From contig OZ024743.1 in NCBI GenBank assembly GCA_964016885.1, positions 277,264,001 through 277,328,000 of the forward strand: a stretch of 64,000 nucleotides of DNA, given 5' to 3'. The notes under the pieces were generated by a model. The model was given only the letters and a program-made list of their open reading frames with translations, was not told where the DNA came from and made no database searches. This document shows positions 46,031 through 59,800 of this stretch, piece by piece. The position numbers and the translations under genes were made by a program. The DNA is from Eledone cirrhosa. Taxonomy: Eukaryota. Each line of letters opens with the position of its first letter. The first letter of the stretch is position 1.

Positions 46031-49000
46031 GTTGTGGTGGTTGTGGTTGGCGTTGTGGTGGTTGTGGTTGGGGTTGTGGTGGTTGTGGTTGGCGTTGTGG
46101 TGGTTGTGGTTGGCATTATGGTTGTTGTGGTTGGCGTTGTGGTGGTTGTGGTTGGCGTTGTGGTGGTTGTGGTTGGCGTTGTGGTGGTTGTGGTTGGCGT
46201 TGTGGTTGTTGTGGTTGGCGTTATGGTTGTTGTGGTTGGCGTTGTGGTGGTTGTGGTTGGCGTTGTGGTGGTAGTGGTTGGCGTTGTGGTTGTTGTGGTT
46301 GGCGTTGTGGTTGTTGTGGTTGGCGTTGTGGTGGTTGTGGTTGGAGTTGTGGTGGTTGTGGTTGGCGTTGTGGTTGTTGTGGTTGACGTTGTGGTTGTTA
46401 TGGATGGCGTTGAGGTTGTTGTGGTTGGCGTTGTGGTGGTTGTGGTTGGCGTTGTGGTGGTTGTGGTTGGAGTTGTGGTGGTTGTGGTTGGAGTTGTGGT
46501 GGCTGTGGTTGGCGTTGTGGTTGTTGTGGTTGGCGTTGTGGTGGTTGTGGTTGGAGTTGTGGTTGTTGTGGTTGGCGTTATGGTGGTTGTGATTGGCGTT
46601 GTGGTGGTTGTGGTTGGCGTTGTGGTGGTTGTGGTTGGCGTTGTGGTTGTTGTGGTTGGCGTTGTGGTTGTTATGGATGGCGTTGTGGTTGTTGTGGTTG
46701 GCGTTGTGGTGGTTGTGGTTGGCGTTGTGGTGGTTGTGGTTGGCGTTGTGGTTGTAGTTGGCGTTGTGGTGCTGGTGGTTGGAGTTGTGGTGGTTGTGGT
46801 TGGCGTTGTGGTTGTTGTGGTTGGCGTTGTGGTGGTTGTGGTTGGCGTTGTGGTGGTTGTGGTTGGCGTTGTGGTTGTTGAGGTTGGCGTTGTGGTGGTT
46901 GTGGTTGGCGTTGTGGTAGTTGTGGTTGGCGTTGTGGTGGTTGTGGTTGGCGTTGTGGTTGTTGTGGTTGGCGTTGTGGTGGTTGTGGTTGGTGGTTTTG
47001 GTGGTTGTGGTTGGCGTTGTGGTGGTTGTGTTTGGCGTTGTGGTGGTTGTGGTTGGCGTGGTTGTTGTATGTGGTTTGCGTTGTGGTGGTTGTGGTTGGC
47101 GTTGTGGTTGTTGTGGTTGGCGTTTGCCCGGTTGTGGTTGGAGTTGTGGTGGTTGTGTTTGGCGTTGTGGTTGTTGTGGTTGGATTTGTGGTGGTTGTGG
47201 TTGGCGTTGTGGTGGTTGTGGTTGGCGTTGTGGTGGTTGTGGTTGGAGTTGTGGTGGTTGTGGTTGGCGTTGTGGTTGTTGCGGTTGGGGTTGTGGTTGT
47301 GGTGGTTGGCGTTGTGGTGGTAGTGGTTGGTGGTTTTGGTGGTTGTGGTTGGCGTTGGCGCTGTTGTGGTTGGTGTTACGTTGGTTGTGGTTGGCGTTGT
47401 GGTTGACGTGGTTGGCGTTGTGGTGGTTGTGGTTGGCGTTGTGGTGGTTGTGGTTGGCGTTGTGGTGGTTGCGGTTGGTGTTGTGGTGGTTGTGGTTGGC
47501 GTTGTGGTGGTTGTGGTTGGCGTTGTGGTTGTTGTGGTTGGTGTTGTGGTGGTTGTGGTTGGTGATGTGGTGGTTGTGGTTGGCGTTGTGGTATTCTGGT
47601 TGGCGTTGTTGTGTTTGTGGTTGGCGTTGTGGTTGTTGTGGTTGGTGTTGTGGTGGTTGTGGTTGGCATTGTGGTGGCTGTTGTTGGCGTTGTGGTGGTT
47701 GTGGTTGGCGTTGTGGTTGTTGTGGTTGGCGTTGTGGTTGTTGTTGTTGGCGTTATGGTGGTTGTGGTTGGCGTTGTGGTGGTTGATGTTGGCGTTGTGG
47801 TGGTTGTGGTTGGCGTTGTGGTTGTTGTGGTTGGCGTTATGGTGGTTGTGGTTGGCGTTGTGGTTGTTGTGGTTGGCGTTGTGGTTGTTGTGGTTGGCGT
47901 TGTGGTTGTTATGGATGGCGTTGTGGGTGTTGTGGTTGGCGTTGTGGTGGTTGTGGTTGGCGTTGTGGTGGTTGTGGTTGGCGTTGTGGTGGTTGTGGTT
48001 GGCGTTGTGGTTGTTGAGGTTGGCGTTGTGGTGGTTGTGGTTGGCGTTGTGGTAGTTGTGGTTGGCGTTGTGGTGGTTGTGGTTGGCGTTGTGGTTGTTG
48101 TGGTTGGCGTTGTGGTGGTTGTGGTTGGTGATTTTGGTGGTTGTGGTTGCCGTTGTGGTTGGCGTTGTGGTGGTTGTGGTTGGAGTTGTGGTGGTTGTGG
48201 TTGGCGTTGTGGTGGTTGTGGTTGGCGTTTTGGTGGTTGTGGTTGGCGTTGTGGTTGTTGTGGTTGGCGTTATGGTGGTTGTGGTTGGCGTTGTGGTTGT
48301 TGTGGTTGGCGTTGTGGTGCTGGTGGTTGGAGTTGTGGTGGTTGTGGTTGGCGTTGTGGTTGTTGTGGTTGGCGTTGTGTTGGTTGTGGTTGGCCTTGTG
48401 GTTGTTGAGGTTGGCGTTGTGGTGGTTGTGGTTGGCGTTGTGGTAGTTGTGGTTGGCGTTGTGGTGGTTGTGGTTGGCGTTGTGGTTGTTGTGGTTGGCG
48501 TTGTGGTGGTTGTGGTTGGTGGTTTTGGTGGTTGTGGTTGCCGTTGTGGTTGGCGTTGTGGTGGTTGTGGTTGGAGTTGTGGTGGTTGTGGTTGGCGTTG
48601 TGGTGGTTGTGGTTGGCGTTGTGGTGGTTGTGGTTGGCGTTGTGGTGGTTGTGGTTGCCGTTGTGGTTGGCGTTGTGGTGGTTGTGGTTGGAGTTGTGGT
48701 GGTTGTGGTTGGCGTTGTGGTGGTTGTGGTTGGCGTTGTGGTGGTTGTGATTGGCGTTGTTGTGGTTGTGGTTGCCGTTGTGGTTGGCGTTGTGGTGGTT
48801 GTGGTTGGGGTTGTGGTGGTTGTGGTTGGCGTTGTGGTGGTTGTGGTTGGAGTTGTGGTGGTTGTGGTTGGCGTTGTGGTGGTTGTGGTTGGCGTTGTGG
48901 TGGTTGTGGTTGGTGGTTTTGGTGGTTGTGGTTGCCGTTGTGGTTGGCGTTGTGGTGGTTGTGGTTGGAGTTGTGGTGGTTGTGGTTGGCGTTGTGGTAG

Positions 49001-49989
49001 TTGTGGTTGGCGTTTTGGTGGTTGTGGTTGGCGTTGTGGTTGTTGTGGTTGGCGTTTTGGTGGTTGTGGTTGGCGTTGTGGTTGTTGTGGTTGGCGTTGT
49101 GGTGCTGCTGGTTGGAGTTGTGGTGGTTGTGGTTGGCGTTGTGGTTGTTGTGGTTGGCGTTGTGGTGGTTGTGGTTGGCGTTGTGGTGGTTGTGGTTGGC
49201 GTTGTGGTGGTTGTGGTTGGCGTTGTGGTTGTTGAGGTTGGCGTTGTGGTGGTTGTGGTTGGCGTTGTGGTAGTTGTGGTTGGCGTTGTGGTGGTTGTGG
49301 TTGGCGTTGTGGTTGTTGTGGTTGGCGTTGTGGTGGTTGTGGTTGGTGGTTTTGGTGGTTGTGGTTGGCGTTGTGGTGGTTGTGTTTGGCGTTGTGGTTG
49401 TTGTGGTTGGATTTGTGGTGGTTGTGGTTGGCGTTGTGGTGGTTGTGGTTGGCGTTGTGGTGGTTGTGGTTGGAGTTGTGGTGGTTGTGGTTGGCGTTGT
49501 GGTTGTTGCGGTTGGGGTTGTGGTTGTGGTGGTTGGCGTTGTGGTGGTTGTGGTTGGTGGTTTTGGTGGTTGTGGTTGGCGTTGGCGCTGTTGTGGTTGG
49601 TGTTACGTTGGTTGTGGTTGGCGTTGTGGTTGACGTGGTTGGCGTTGTGGTGGTTGTGGTTGGCGTTGTGGTGGTTGTGGTTGGCGTTGTGGTGGTTGCG
49701 GTTGGTGTTGTGGTGGTTGTGGTTGGCGTTGTGGTGGTTGTGGTTGGCGTTGTGGTTGTTGTGGTTGGTGTTGTGGTGGTTGTGGTTGGTGATGTGGTGG
49801 TTGTGGTTGGCGTTGTGGTATTCTGGTTGGCGTTGTTGTGTTTGTGGTTGGCGTTGTGGTTGTTGTGGTTGGTGTTGTGGTGGTTGTGGTTGGCATTGTG
49901 GTGGCTGTTGTTGGCGTTGTGGTGGTTGTGGTTGGCGTTGTGGTTGTTGTGGTTGGCGTTGTGGTTGTTGTTGTTGGCGTTATGGTGGT

Positions 49990-52290
49990 TGTGGTTGGCG
50001 TTGTGGTGGTTGATGTAGGCGTTGTGGTGGTTGTGGTTGGCGTTGTGGATGTTGTGGTTGGCGTTATGCTGGTTGTGATTGGCGTTGTGGTGGTTGTGGT
50101 TGGCGTTGTGGTGGTTGTGGTTGGCGTTGTGGTTGTTGTGGTTGGCGTTGTGGTTGTTATGGATGGCGTTGTGGTTGTTGTGGTTGGCGTTGTGGTGGTT
50201 GTGGTTGGCGTTGTGGTGGTTGTGGTTGGCGTTGTGGTTGTTGTGGTTGGCGTTGTGGTGCTGGTGGTTGGAGTTGTGGTGGTTGTGGTTGGCGTTGTGG
50301 TTGTTGTGGTTGGCGTTGTGGTGGTTGTGGTTGGCGTTGTGGTGGTTGTGGTTGGCGTTGTGGTGGTTGTGGTTGGCGTTGTGGTTGTTGAGGTTGGCGT
50401 TGTGGTGGTTGTGGTTGGCGTTGTGGTAGTTGTGGTTGGCGTTGTGGTGGTTGTGGTTGGCGTTGTGGTTGTTGTGGTTGGCGTTGTGGTGGTTGTGGTT
50501 GGTGGTTTTGGTGGTTGTGGTTGCCGTTGTGGTTGGCGTTGTGGTGGTTGTGGTTGGAGTTGTGGTGGTTGTGGTTGGCGTTGTGGTGGTTGTGGTTGGA
50601 GTTGTGGTGGTTGTGGTTGGCGTTGTGGTAGTTGTGGTTGGCGTTGTGGTGGTTGTGGTTGGCGTTGTGGTGGTTGTGGTTGGCGTTGTGGTTGTTGTGG
50701 TTGGCGTTATGGTTGTTGTGGTTGGCGTTGTGGTGGTTGTGGTTGGCGTTGTGGTGGTTGTGGTTGGCGATGTGGTTGTTGTGGTTGGCGTTGTGGTTGT
50801 TGTGGTTGGCGTTGTGGTGGTTGTGGTTGGAGTTGTGGTGGTTGTGTTTGGCGTTGTGGTTGTTGTGGTTGGCGTTGTGGTGGTTGTAGTTGGAGTTGTG
50901 GTTGTTTTGGTTGGCGTTATGGTGGTTGTGATTGGCGTTGTGGTGGTTGTAGTTGGCGTTGTGGTGGTTGTATTTGGCGTTGTGGTTGTGGTTGGCGTTG
51001 TGGTTATTATGGATGGCGTTGTGCTTGTTGTGGTTGGCGTTGTGGTGGTTGTGGTTGGCGTTGTGGTGGTTGTGGTTGGCGTTGGGGTTGTTGTGGTGTG
51101 CGTTGTGGTGCTGGTGGTTGGAGTTGTGGTGGTTGTGGTTGGCGTTGTGGTGGTTGTGGTTGGCGTTGTGGTGGTTGTGGTTGGCGTTGTGGTGGTTGTG
51201 GTTGGCGTTGTGGTTGTTGTGGTTGGCGTTGTGGTGGTTGTGGTTGGCGTTATGGTAGTTGTGGTTGGCGTTGTGGTGGTTGTGGTTGGCGTTGTGGTGG
51301 TTGATGTAGGCGTTGTGGTGGTTGTAGTTGGCGTTGTGGTTGTTGTGGTTGGCGTTATGCTGGTTGTGATTGGCGTTGTGGTGGTTGTGGTTGGCGTTGT
51401 GGTGGTTGTGGTTGGCGTTGTGGTTGTTGTGGTTGGCGTTGTGGTTGTTATGGATGGCGTTGTGGTTGTTGTGGTTGGCGTTGTGGTGGTTGTGGTTGGC
51501 GTTGTGGTGGTTGTGGTTGGCGTTGTGGTTGTTGTGGTTGGCGTTGTGGTGCTGGTGGTTGGAGTTGTGGTGGTTGTGGTTGGCGTTGTGGTTGTTGTGG
51601 TTGGCGTTGTGGTGGTTGTGGTTGGCGTTGTGGTGGTTGTGGTTGGCGTTGTGGTGGTTGTGGTTGGCGTTGTGGTTGTTGAGGTTGGCGTTGTGGTGGT
51701 TGTGGTTGGCGTTTTGGTAGTTGTGGTTGGCGTTGTGGTCGTTGTGGTTGGCGTTGTGGTTGTTGTGGTTGGCGTTGTGGTGGTTGTGGTTGGTGGTTTT
51801 GGTGGTTGTGGTTGCCGTTGTGGTTGGCGTTGTGGTGGTTGTGGTTGGAGTTGTGGTGGTTGTGGTTGGCGTTGTGGTGGTTGTGGTTGGAGTTGTGGTG
51901 GTTGTGGTTGGCGTTGTGGTAGTTGTGGTTGGCGTTGTGGTGGTTGTGGTTGGCGTTGTGGTGGTTGTGGTTGGCGTTGTGGTTGTTGTGGTTGGCGTTA
52001 TGGTTGTTGTGGTTGGCGTTGTGGTGGTTGTGGTTGGCGTTGTGGTGGTTGTGGTTGGCGATGTGGTTGTTGTGGTTGGCGTTGTGGTTGTTGTGGTTGG
52101 CGTTGTGGTGGTTGTGGTTGGAGTTGTGGTGGTTGTGGTTGGCGTTGTGGTTGTTGTGGTTGGCGTTGTGGTGGTTGTAGTTGGAGTTGTGGTTGTTTTG
52201 GTTGGCGTTATGGTGGTTGTGATTGGCGTTGTGGTGGTTGTGGTTGGCGTTGTGGTGGTTGTATTTGGCGTTGTGGTTGTTGTGGTTGGC
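49990..52290. repeat. 1,291-bp tandem duplication (second copy incomplete)
   Basis: 22-bp marker at 50501/51792; GATGTAGGC at 50012/51303; matching ORFs starting 50079/51370 and 50632/51923. Confidence 0.82.
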
Positions 52291-53814
52291 GTTGTGGTTG
52301 TTGTGGTTGGCGTTCGCCCGGTTGTGGTTGGAGTTGTGGTGGTTGTGGTTGGCGTTGTCGTTGTTGTGGTTGGAGTTGTGGTGGTTGTGGTTGGCGTTGT
52401 GGTGGTTGTGGTTGGCGTTGTGGTGGTTGTGGTTGGCGTTGTGGTTGTTGTGGTTGGAGTTGTGGTGGTTGTGGTTGGCGTTGTGGTGATTGTGGTTGGC
52501 GTTGTGGTTGTTGTGGTTGCCGTTGTGGTTGGCGTTGTGGTGGTTGTGGTTGGAGTTTTGGTGGTTGTGGTTGGCGTTGTGGTGGTTGTGGTTGGCGTTG
52601 TGGTGGTTGTGGTTGGCGTTGTGGTGGTTGTGGTTGGCGTTGTGGTGGTTGTGGTTGCCGTTGTGGTTGGCGTTTTGGTGGTTGTGGTTGGAGTTGTGGT
52701 GGTTGTGGTTGGCGTTGTGGTGGTTGTGGTTGGAGTTGTGGTGGTTGTGGTTGGCGTTGTGGTGGTTGTGGTTGGCGTTGTGGTGGTTGTGGTTGGAGTT
52801 GTGGTGGTTGTGGTTGGCGTTGTGGTGGTTGTGGTTGGCGTTGTGGTGGTTGTGGTTGGCGTTGTGGTGGTTGTGGTTGGCGTTTTGGTTGTTGTGGTTG
52901 GCGTTACGGTTGTTGTGGTTGGCGTTGTGGTGGTTGTGGTTGGCGTTGTGGTTGTTGTGGTTGGCGTTGTGGTTGTTGTGGTTGGCGTTGTGGTGGTTGT
53001 GGTTAGCGTTGTGGTGGTTGTGGTTGGAGTTGTGGTGGTTGTGGTTGGCGTTGTGGTGGTTGTGGTTGGCGTTGTGGTGGTTGTGGTTGGCGTTGTGGTG
53101 GTTGTGGTTGGCGTTGTGGTGGTTGTGGTTGCCGTTGTGGTTGGCGTTGTGGTGGTTGTGGTTGGCGTCGTGGTGGTTGTGGTTGGCGTTGTGGTGGTTG
53201 TGGTTGGCGTTGTGGTGGTTGTGGTTGGCGTTATGGTTGTTGTGATTGGCGTTGTGGTGGTTGTGGTTGGCGTTGTGGTGGTTGTGGTTGGCGTTGTGGT
53301 TGTTGTGGTTGGCGTTATGGTTGTTGTGGTTGGCGTTGTCGTGGCTGTGGTTGGCGTTGTGGTGGTAGTAGTTGGCGTTGTGGTTGTTGTTGTTGGCGTT
53401 GTGGTTGTTGTGGTTGGCGTTGTGGTGGTTGTGGTTGGAGTTTTGGTGGTTGTGGTTGGCGTTGTGGTTGTTGTGGTTGACGTTGTAGTTGTTATGGATG
53501 GCGTTGAGGTTGTTGTGGTTGGCGTTGTGGTGGTTGTGGTTGGCGTTGTGGTGGTTGTGGTTGGCGTTGTGGTGGTTGTGGTTGGCGTTGTGGTGGTTGT
53601 GGTTGGAGTTGTGGTGGTTGTGGTTGGCGTTGTGGTTGTTGTGGTTGGCGTTGTGGTGGTTGTGGTTGGAGTTGTGGTTGTTGTCGTTGGCGTTATGCTG
53701 GTTGTGATTGGCGTTGTGGTGGTTGTGGTTGGCGTTGTGGTGGTTGTGGTTGGCGTTGTGGTTGTTGTGGTTGGCGTTGTGGTTGTTATGGATGGCGTTG
53801 TGGTTGTTGTGGTT

Positions 53815-56800
53815 GGCGTTGTGGTGGTTGTGGTTGGCGTTGTGGTTGTTGTGGTTGGCGTTGTGGTGCTGGTGGTTGGAGTTGTGGTTGTTGTGGTTGG
53901 CGTTGTGGTTGTTGTGGTTGGCGTTGTGGTGGTTGTGGTTGGTGGTTTTGGTGGTTGTGGTTGCCGTTGTGGTTGGCGTTGTGGTGGTTGTGGTTGGAGT
54001 TGTGGTGGTTGTGGTTGGCGTTGTGTTGGTTGTGGTTGGCGTTGTGGTGGTTGTGGTTGGCGTTGTGGTGGTTGTGGTTGGCGTTGTGGCGGTTGTGGTT
54101 GCCGTTGTGGTTGGCGTTGTGGTGGTTGTGGTTGGAGTTGTGGTGGTTGTGGTTGGCGTTGTGGTGGTTGTGGTTGGCGTTGTGGTGGTTGTGGTTGGCG
54201 TTGTGGTGGTTGTGGTTGCCGTTGTGGTTGGCGTTGTGGTGGTTGTGGTTGGAGTTGTGGTGGTTGTGGTTGGCGTTGTGGTGGTTGTGGTTGGAGTTGT
54301 GGTGGTTGTGGTTGGCGTTGTGGTGGTTGTGGTTGGCGTTGTGGTGGTTGTGGTTGGCGTTGTGGTGGATGTGGTTGGCGTTGAGGTTGTTGTGGTTGGC
54401 GTTATGGTTGTTGTGGTTGGCGTTGTGGTGGTTGTGGTTGGCGTTGTGGTTGTTGTGGTTGGCGTTGTGGTTGTTGTGGTTGGCGTTGTGGTGGTTGTGG
54501 TTGGAGTTGTGGTGGTTGTGGTTGGCGTTGTGGTTGTTGTGGTTGGCGTTGTGGTGGTTGTGGTTGGAGTTGTGGTGGTTGTGGTTGGCGTTGTGGTTGT
54601 TGTGGTTGGCGTTGTGGTGGTTGTAGTTGGAGTTGTGGTTGTTTTGGTTGGCGTTATGGTGGTTGTGATTGGCGTTGTGGTGGTTGTGGTTGGCGTTGTG
54701 GTGGTTGTATTTGGCGTTGTGGTTGTTGTGGTTGGCGTTGTGGTTATTATGGATGGCGTTGTGCTTGTTGTGGTTGGCGTTGTGGTGGTTGTGGTTGGCG
54801 TTGTGGTGGTTGTGGTTGGCGTTGGGGTTGTTGTGGTGTGCGTTGTGGTGCTGGTGGTTGGAGTTGTGGTGGTTGTGGTTGGCGTTGTGGTGGTTGTGGT
54901 TGGCGTTGTGGTGGTTGTGGTTGGCGTTGTGGTGGTTGTGGTTGGCGTTGTGGTTGTTGTGGTTGGCGTTGTGGTGGTTGTGGTTGGCGTTATGGTAGTT
55001 GTGGTTGGCGTTGTGGTGGTTGTGGTTGGCGTTGTGGTGGTTGATGTAGGCGTTGTGGTGGTTGTGGTTGGCGTTGTGGTTGTTGTGGTTGGCGTTATGC
55101 TGGTTGTGATTGGCGTTGTGGTGGTTGTGGTTGGCGTTGTGGTGGTTGTGGTTGGCGTTGTGGTTGTTGTGGTTGGCGTTGTGGTTGTTATGGATGGCGT
55201 TGTGGTTGTTGTGGTTGGCGTTGTGGTGGTTGTGGTTGGCGTTGTGGTGGTTGTGGTTGGCGTTGTGGTTGTTGTGGTTGGCGTTGTGGTGCTGGTGGTT
55301 GGAGTTGTGGTGGTTGTGGTTGGCGTTGTGGTGGTTGTGGTTGGCGTTGTGGTGGTTGTGGTTGGCGTTGTGGTGGTTGTGGTTGGCGTTGTGGTGGTTG
55401 TGGTTGGCGTTGTGGTTGTTGAGGTTGGCGTTGTGGTGGTTGTGGTTGGCGTTGTGGTAGTTGTGGTTGGCGTTGTGGTGGTTGTGGTTGGCGTTGTGGT
55501 TGTTGTGGTTGGCGTTGTGGTGGTTGTGGTTGGTGGTTTTGGTGGTTGTGGTTGCCGTTGTGGTTGGCGTTGTGGTGGTTGTGGTTGGAGTTGTGGTGGT
55601 TGTGGTTGGCGTTGTGGTGGTTGTGGTTGGAGTTGTGGTGGTTGTGGTTGGCGTTGTGGTAGTTGTGGTTGGCGTTGTGGTGGTTGTGGTTGGCGTTGTG
55701 GTGGTTGTGGTTGGCGTTGTGGTTGTTGTGGTTGGCGTTATGGTTGTTGTGGTTGGCGTTGTGGTGGTTGTGGTTGGCGTTGTGGTGGTTGTGGTTGGCG
55801 ATGTGGTTGTTGTGGTTGGCGTTGTGGTTGTTGTGGTTGGCGTTGTGGTGGTTGTGGTTGGAGTTGTGGTGGTTGTGGTTGGCGTTGTGGTTGTTGTGGT
55901 TGGCGTTGTGGTGGTTGTAGTTGGAGTTGTGGTTGTTTTGGTTGGCGTTATGGTGGTTGTGATTGGCGTTGTGGTGGTTGTGGTTGGCGTTGTGGTGGTT
56001 GTATTTGGCGTTGTGGTTGTTGTGGTTGGCGTTGTGGTTATTATGGATGGCGTTGTGCTTGTTGTGGTTGGCGTTGTGGTGGTTGTGGTTGGCGTTGTGG
56101 TGGTTGTGGTTGGCGTTGGGGTTGTTGTGGTGTGCGTTGTGGTGCTGGTGGTTGGAGTTGTGGTGGTTGTGGTTGGCGTTGTGGTGGTTGTGGTTGGCGT
56201 TGTGGTGGTTGTGGTTGGCGTTGTGGTGGTTGTGGTTGGCGTTGTGGTTGTTGTGGTTGGCGTTGTGGTGGTTGTGGTTGGCGTTATGGTAGTTGTGGTT
56301 GGCGTTGTGGTGGTTGTGGTTGGGGTTGTGGTTGTTGTTGTTGGCGTTGTGGTGGTTGTGGTTGGTGGTTTTGGTGGTTGTGGTTGGCGTTGTGGTGGTT
56401 GTGGTTGGCGTTGTAGTGGTTGTGGTTGGCGTGGTGGTTTTATGTGGTTGGCGCTGTGGTGGTTGTGGTTGGCGTTGTGGTTGTTGTGGTTGGCGTTTGC
56501 CCGGTTGTGGTTGGAGTTGTGGTGGTTGTGGTTGGCGTTGTCGTTGTTGTGGTTGGAGTTGTGGTGGTTGTGGTTGGCGTTGTGGTGGTTGTGGTTGGCG
56601 TTTGCCCGGTTGTGGTTGGAGTTGTGGTGGTTGTGGTTGGCGTTGTGGTTGTTGTGGTTGGAGTTGTGGTGGTTGTGGTTGGCGTTGTGGTGGTTGTGGT
56701 TGGCGTTGTAGTGGTTGTGGTTGGCGTTGTGGTTGTTGTGGTTGGAGTTGTGGTGGTTGTGGTTGGCGTTGTGGTGATTGTGGTTGGCGTTGTGGTTGTT

Positions 56801-59800
56801 GTGGTTGCCGTTGTGGTTGGCGTTGTGGTGGTTGTGGTTGGAGTTTTGGTGGTTGTGGTTGGCGTTGTGGTGGTTGTGGTTGGCGTTGTGGTGGTTGTGG
56901 TTGGCGTTGTGGTGGTTGTGGTTGGCGTTGTGGTGGTTGTGGTTGCCGTTGTGGTTGGCGTTTTGGTGGTTGTGGTTGGAGTTGTGGTGGTTGTGGTTGG
57001 CGTTGTGGTGGTTGTGGTTGGAGTTGTGGTGGTTGTGGTTGGCGTTGTGGTGGTTGTGGTTGGCGTTGTGGTGGTTGTGGTTGGAGTTGTGGTGGTTGTG
57101 GTTGGCGTTGTGGTGGTTGTGGTTGGCGTTGTGGTGGTTGTGGTTGGCGTTGTGGTGGTTGTGGTTGGCGTTTTGGTTGTTGTGGTTGGCGTTACGGTTG
57201 TTGTGGTTGGCGTTGTGGTGGTTGTGGTTGGCGTTGTGGTTGTTGTGGTTGGCGTTGTGGATGTTGTGGTTGGCGTTGTGGTGGTTGTGGTTAGCGTTGT
57301 GGTGGTTGTGGTTGGAGTTGTGGTGGTTGTGGTTGGCGTTGTGGTGGTTGTGGTTGGCGTTGTGGTGGTTGTGGTTGGCGTTGTGGTGGTTGTGGTTGGC
57401 GTTGTGGTTGTTGTGGTTGGCGTTGTGGTGCTGGTGGTTGGAGTTGTGGTTGTTGTGGTTGGCGTTGTGGTTGTTGTGGTTGGCGTTGTGGTGGTTGTGG
57501 TTGGTGGTTTTGGTGGTTGTGGTTGCCGTTGTGGTTGGCGTTGTGGTGGTTGTGGTTGGAGTTGTGGTGGTTGTGGTTGGCGTTGTGTTGGTTGTGGTTG
57601 GCGTTGTGGTGGTTGTGGTTGGCGTTGTGGTGGTTGTGGTTGGCGTTGTGGCGGTTGTGGTTGCCGTTGTGGTTGGCGTTGTGGTGGTTGTGGTTGGAGT
57701 TGTGGTGGTTGTGGTTGGCGTTGTGGTGGTTGTGGTTGGCGTTGTGGTGGTTGTGGTTGGCGTTGTGGTGGTTGTGGTTGCCGTTGTGGTTGGCGTTGTG
57801 GTGGTTGTGGTTGGAGTTGTGGTGGTTGTGGTTGGCGTTGTGGTGGTTGTGGTTGGAGTTGTGGTGGTTGTGGTTGGCGTTGTGGTGGTTGTGGTTGGCG
57901 TTGTGGTGGTTGTGGTTGGCGTTGTGGTGGATGTGGTTGGCGTTGAGGTTGTTGTGGTTGGCGTTATGGTTGTTGTGGTTGGCGTTGTGGTGGTTGTGGT
58001 TGGCGTTGTGGTTGTTGTGGTTGGCGTTGTGGTTGTTGTGGTTGGCGTTGTGGTGGTTGTGGTTGGAGTTGTGGTGGTTGTGGTTGGCGTTGTGGTTGTT
58101 GTGGTTGGCGTTGTGGTGGTTGTGGTTGGAGTTGTGGTGGTTGTGGTTGGCGTTGTGGTTGTTGTGGTTGGCGTTGTGGTGGTTGTAGTTGGAGTTGTGG
58201 TTGTTTTGGTTGGCGTTATGGTGGTTGTGATTGGCGTTGTGGTGGTTGTGGTTGGCGTTGTGGTGGTTGTATTTGGCGTTGTGGTTGTTGTGGTTGGCGT
58301 TGTGGTTATTATGGATGGCGTTGTGCTTGTTGTGGTTGGCGTTGTGGTGGTTGTGGTTGGCGTTGTGGTGGTTGTGGTTGGCGTTGGGGTTGTTGTGGTG
58401 TGCGTTGTGGTGCTGGTGGTTGGAGTTGTGGTGGTTGTGGTTGGCGTTGTGGTGGTTGTGGTTGGCGTTGTGGTGGTTGTGGCTGGCGTTGTGGTGGTTG
58501 TGGTTGGCGTTGTGGTTGTTGTGGTTGGCGTTGTGGTGGTTGTGGTTGGCGTTATGGTAGTTGTGGTTGGCGTTGTGGTGGTTGTGGTTGGCGTTGTGGT
58601 GGTTGATGTAGGCGTTGTGGTGGTTGTGGTTGGCGTTGTGGTTGTTGTGGTTGGCGTTATGCTGGTTGTGATTGGCGTTGTGGTGGTTGTGGTTGGCGTT
58701 GTGGTGGTTGTGGTTGGCGTTGTGGTTGTTGTGGTTGGCGTTGTGGTTGTTATGGATGGCGTTGTGGTTGTTGTGGTTGGCGTTGTGGTGGTTGTGGTTG
58801 GCGTTGTGGTGGTTGTGGTTGGCGTTGTGGTTGTTGTGGTTGGCGTTGTGGTGCTGGTGGTTGGAGTTGTGGTGGTTGTGGTTGGCGTTGTGGTGGTTGT
58901 GGTTGGCGTTGTGGTGGTTGTGGTTGGCGTTGTGGTGGTTGTGGTTGGCGTTGTGGTGGTTGTGGTTGGCGTTGTGGTTGTTGAGGTTGGCGTTGTGGTG
59001 GTTGTGGTTGGCGTTGTGGTAGTTGTGGTTGGCGTTGTGGTGGTTGTGGTTGGCGTTGTGGTTGTTGTGGTTGGCGTTGTGGTGGTTGTGGTTGGTGGTT
59101 TTGGTGGTTGTGGTTGCCGTTGTGGTTGGCGTTGTGGTGGTTGTGGTTGGAGTTGTGGTGGTTGTGGTTGGCGTTGTGGTGGTTGTGGTTGGAGTTGTGG
59201 TGGTTGTGGTTGGCGTTGTGGTAGTTGTGGTTGGCGTTGTGGTGGTTGTGGTTGGCGTTGTGGTGGTTGTGGTTGGCGTTGTGGTTGTTGTGGTTGGCGT
59301 TATGGTTGTTGTGGTTGGCGTTGTGGTGGTTGTGGTTGGCGTTGTGGTGGTTGTGGTTGGCGATGTGGTTGTTGTGGTTGGCGTTGTGGTTGTTGTGGTT
59401 GGCGTTGTGGTGGTTGTGGTTGGAGTTGTGGTGGTTGTGGTTGGCGTTGTGGTTGTTGTGGTTGGCGTTGTGGTGGTTGTAGTTGGAGTTGTGGTTGTTT
59501 TGGTTGGCGTTATGGTGGTTGTGATTGGCGTTGTGGTGGTTGTGGTTGGCGTTGTGGTGGTTGTATTTGGCGTTGTGGTTGTTGTGGTTGGCGTTGTGGT
59601 TATTATGGATGGCGTTGTGCTTGTTGTGGTTGGCGTTGTGGTGGTTGTGGTTGGCGTTGTGGTGGTTGTGGTTGGCGTTGGGGTTGTTGTGGTGTGCGTT
59701 GTGGTGCTGGTGGTTGGAGTTGTGGTGGTTGTGGTTGGCGTTGTGGTGGTTGTGGTTGGCGTTGTGGTGGTTGTGGTTGGCGTTGTGGTGGTTGTGGTTG

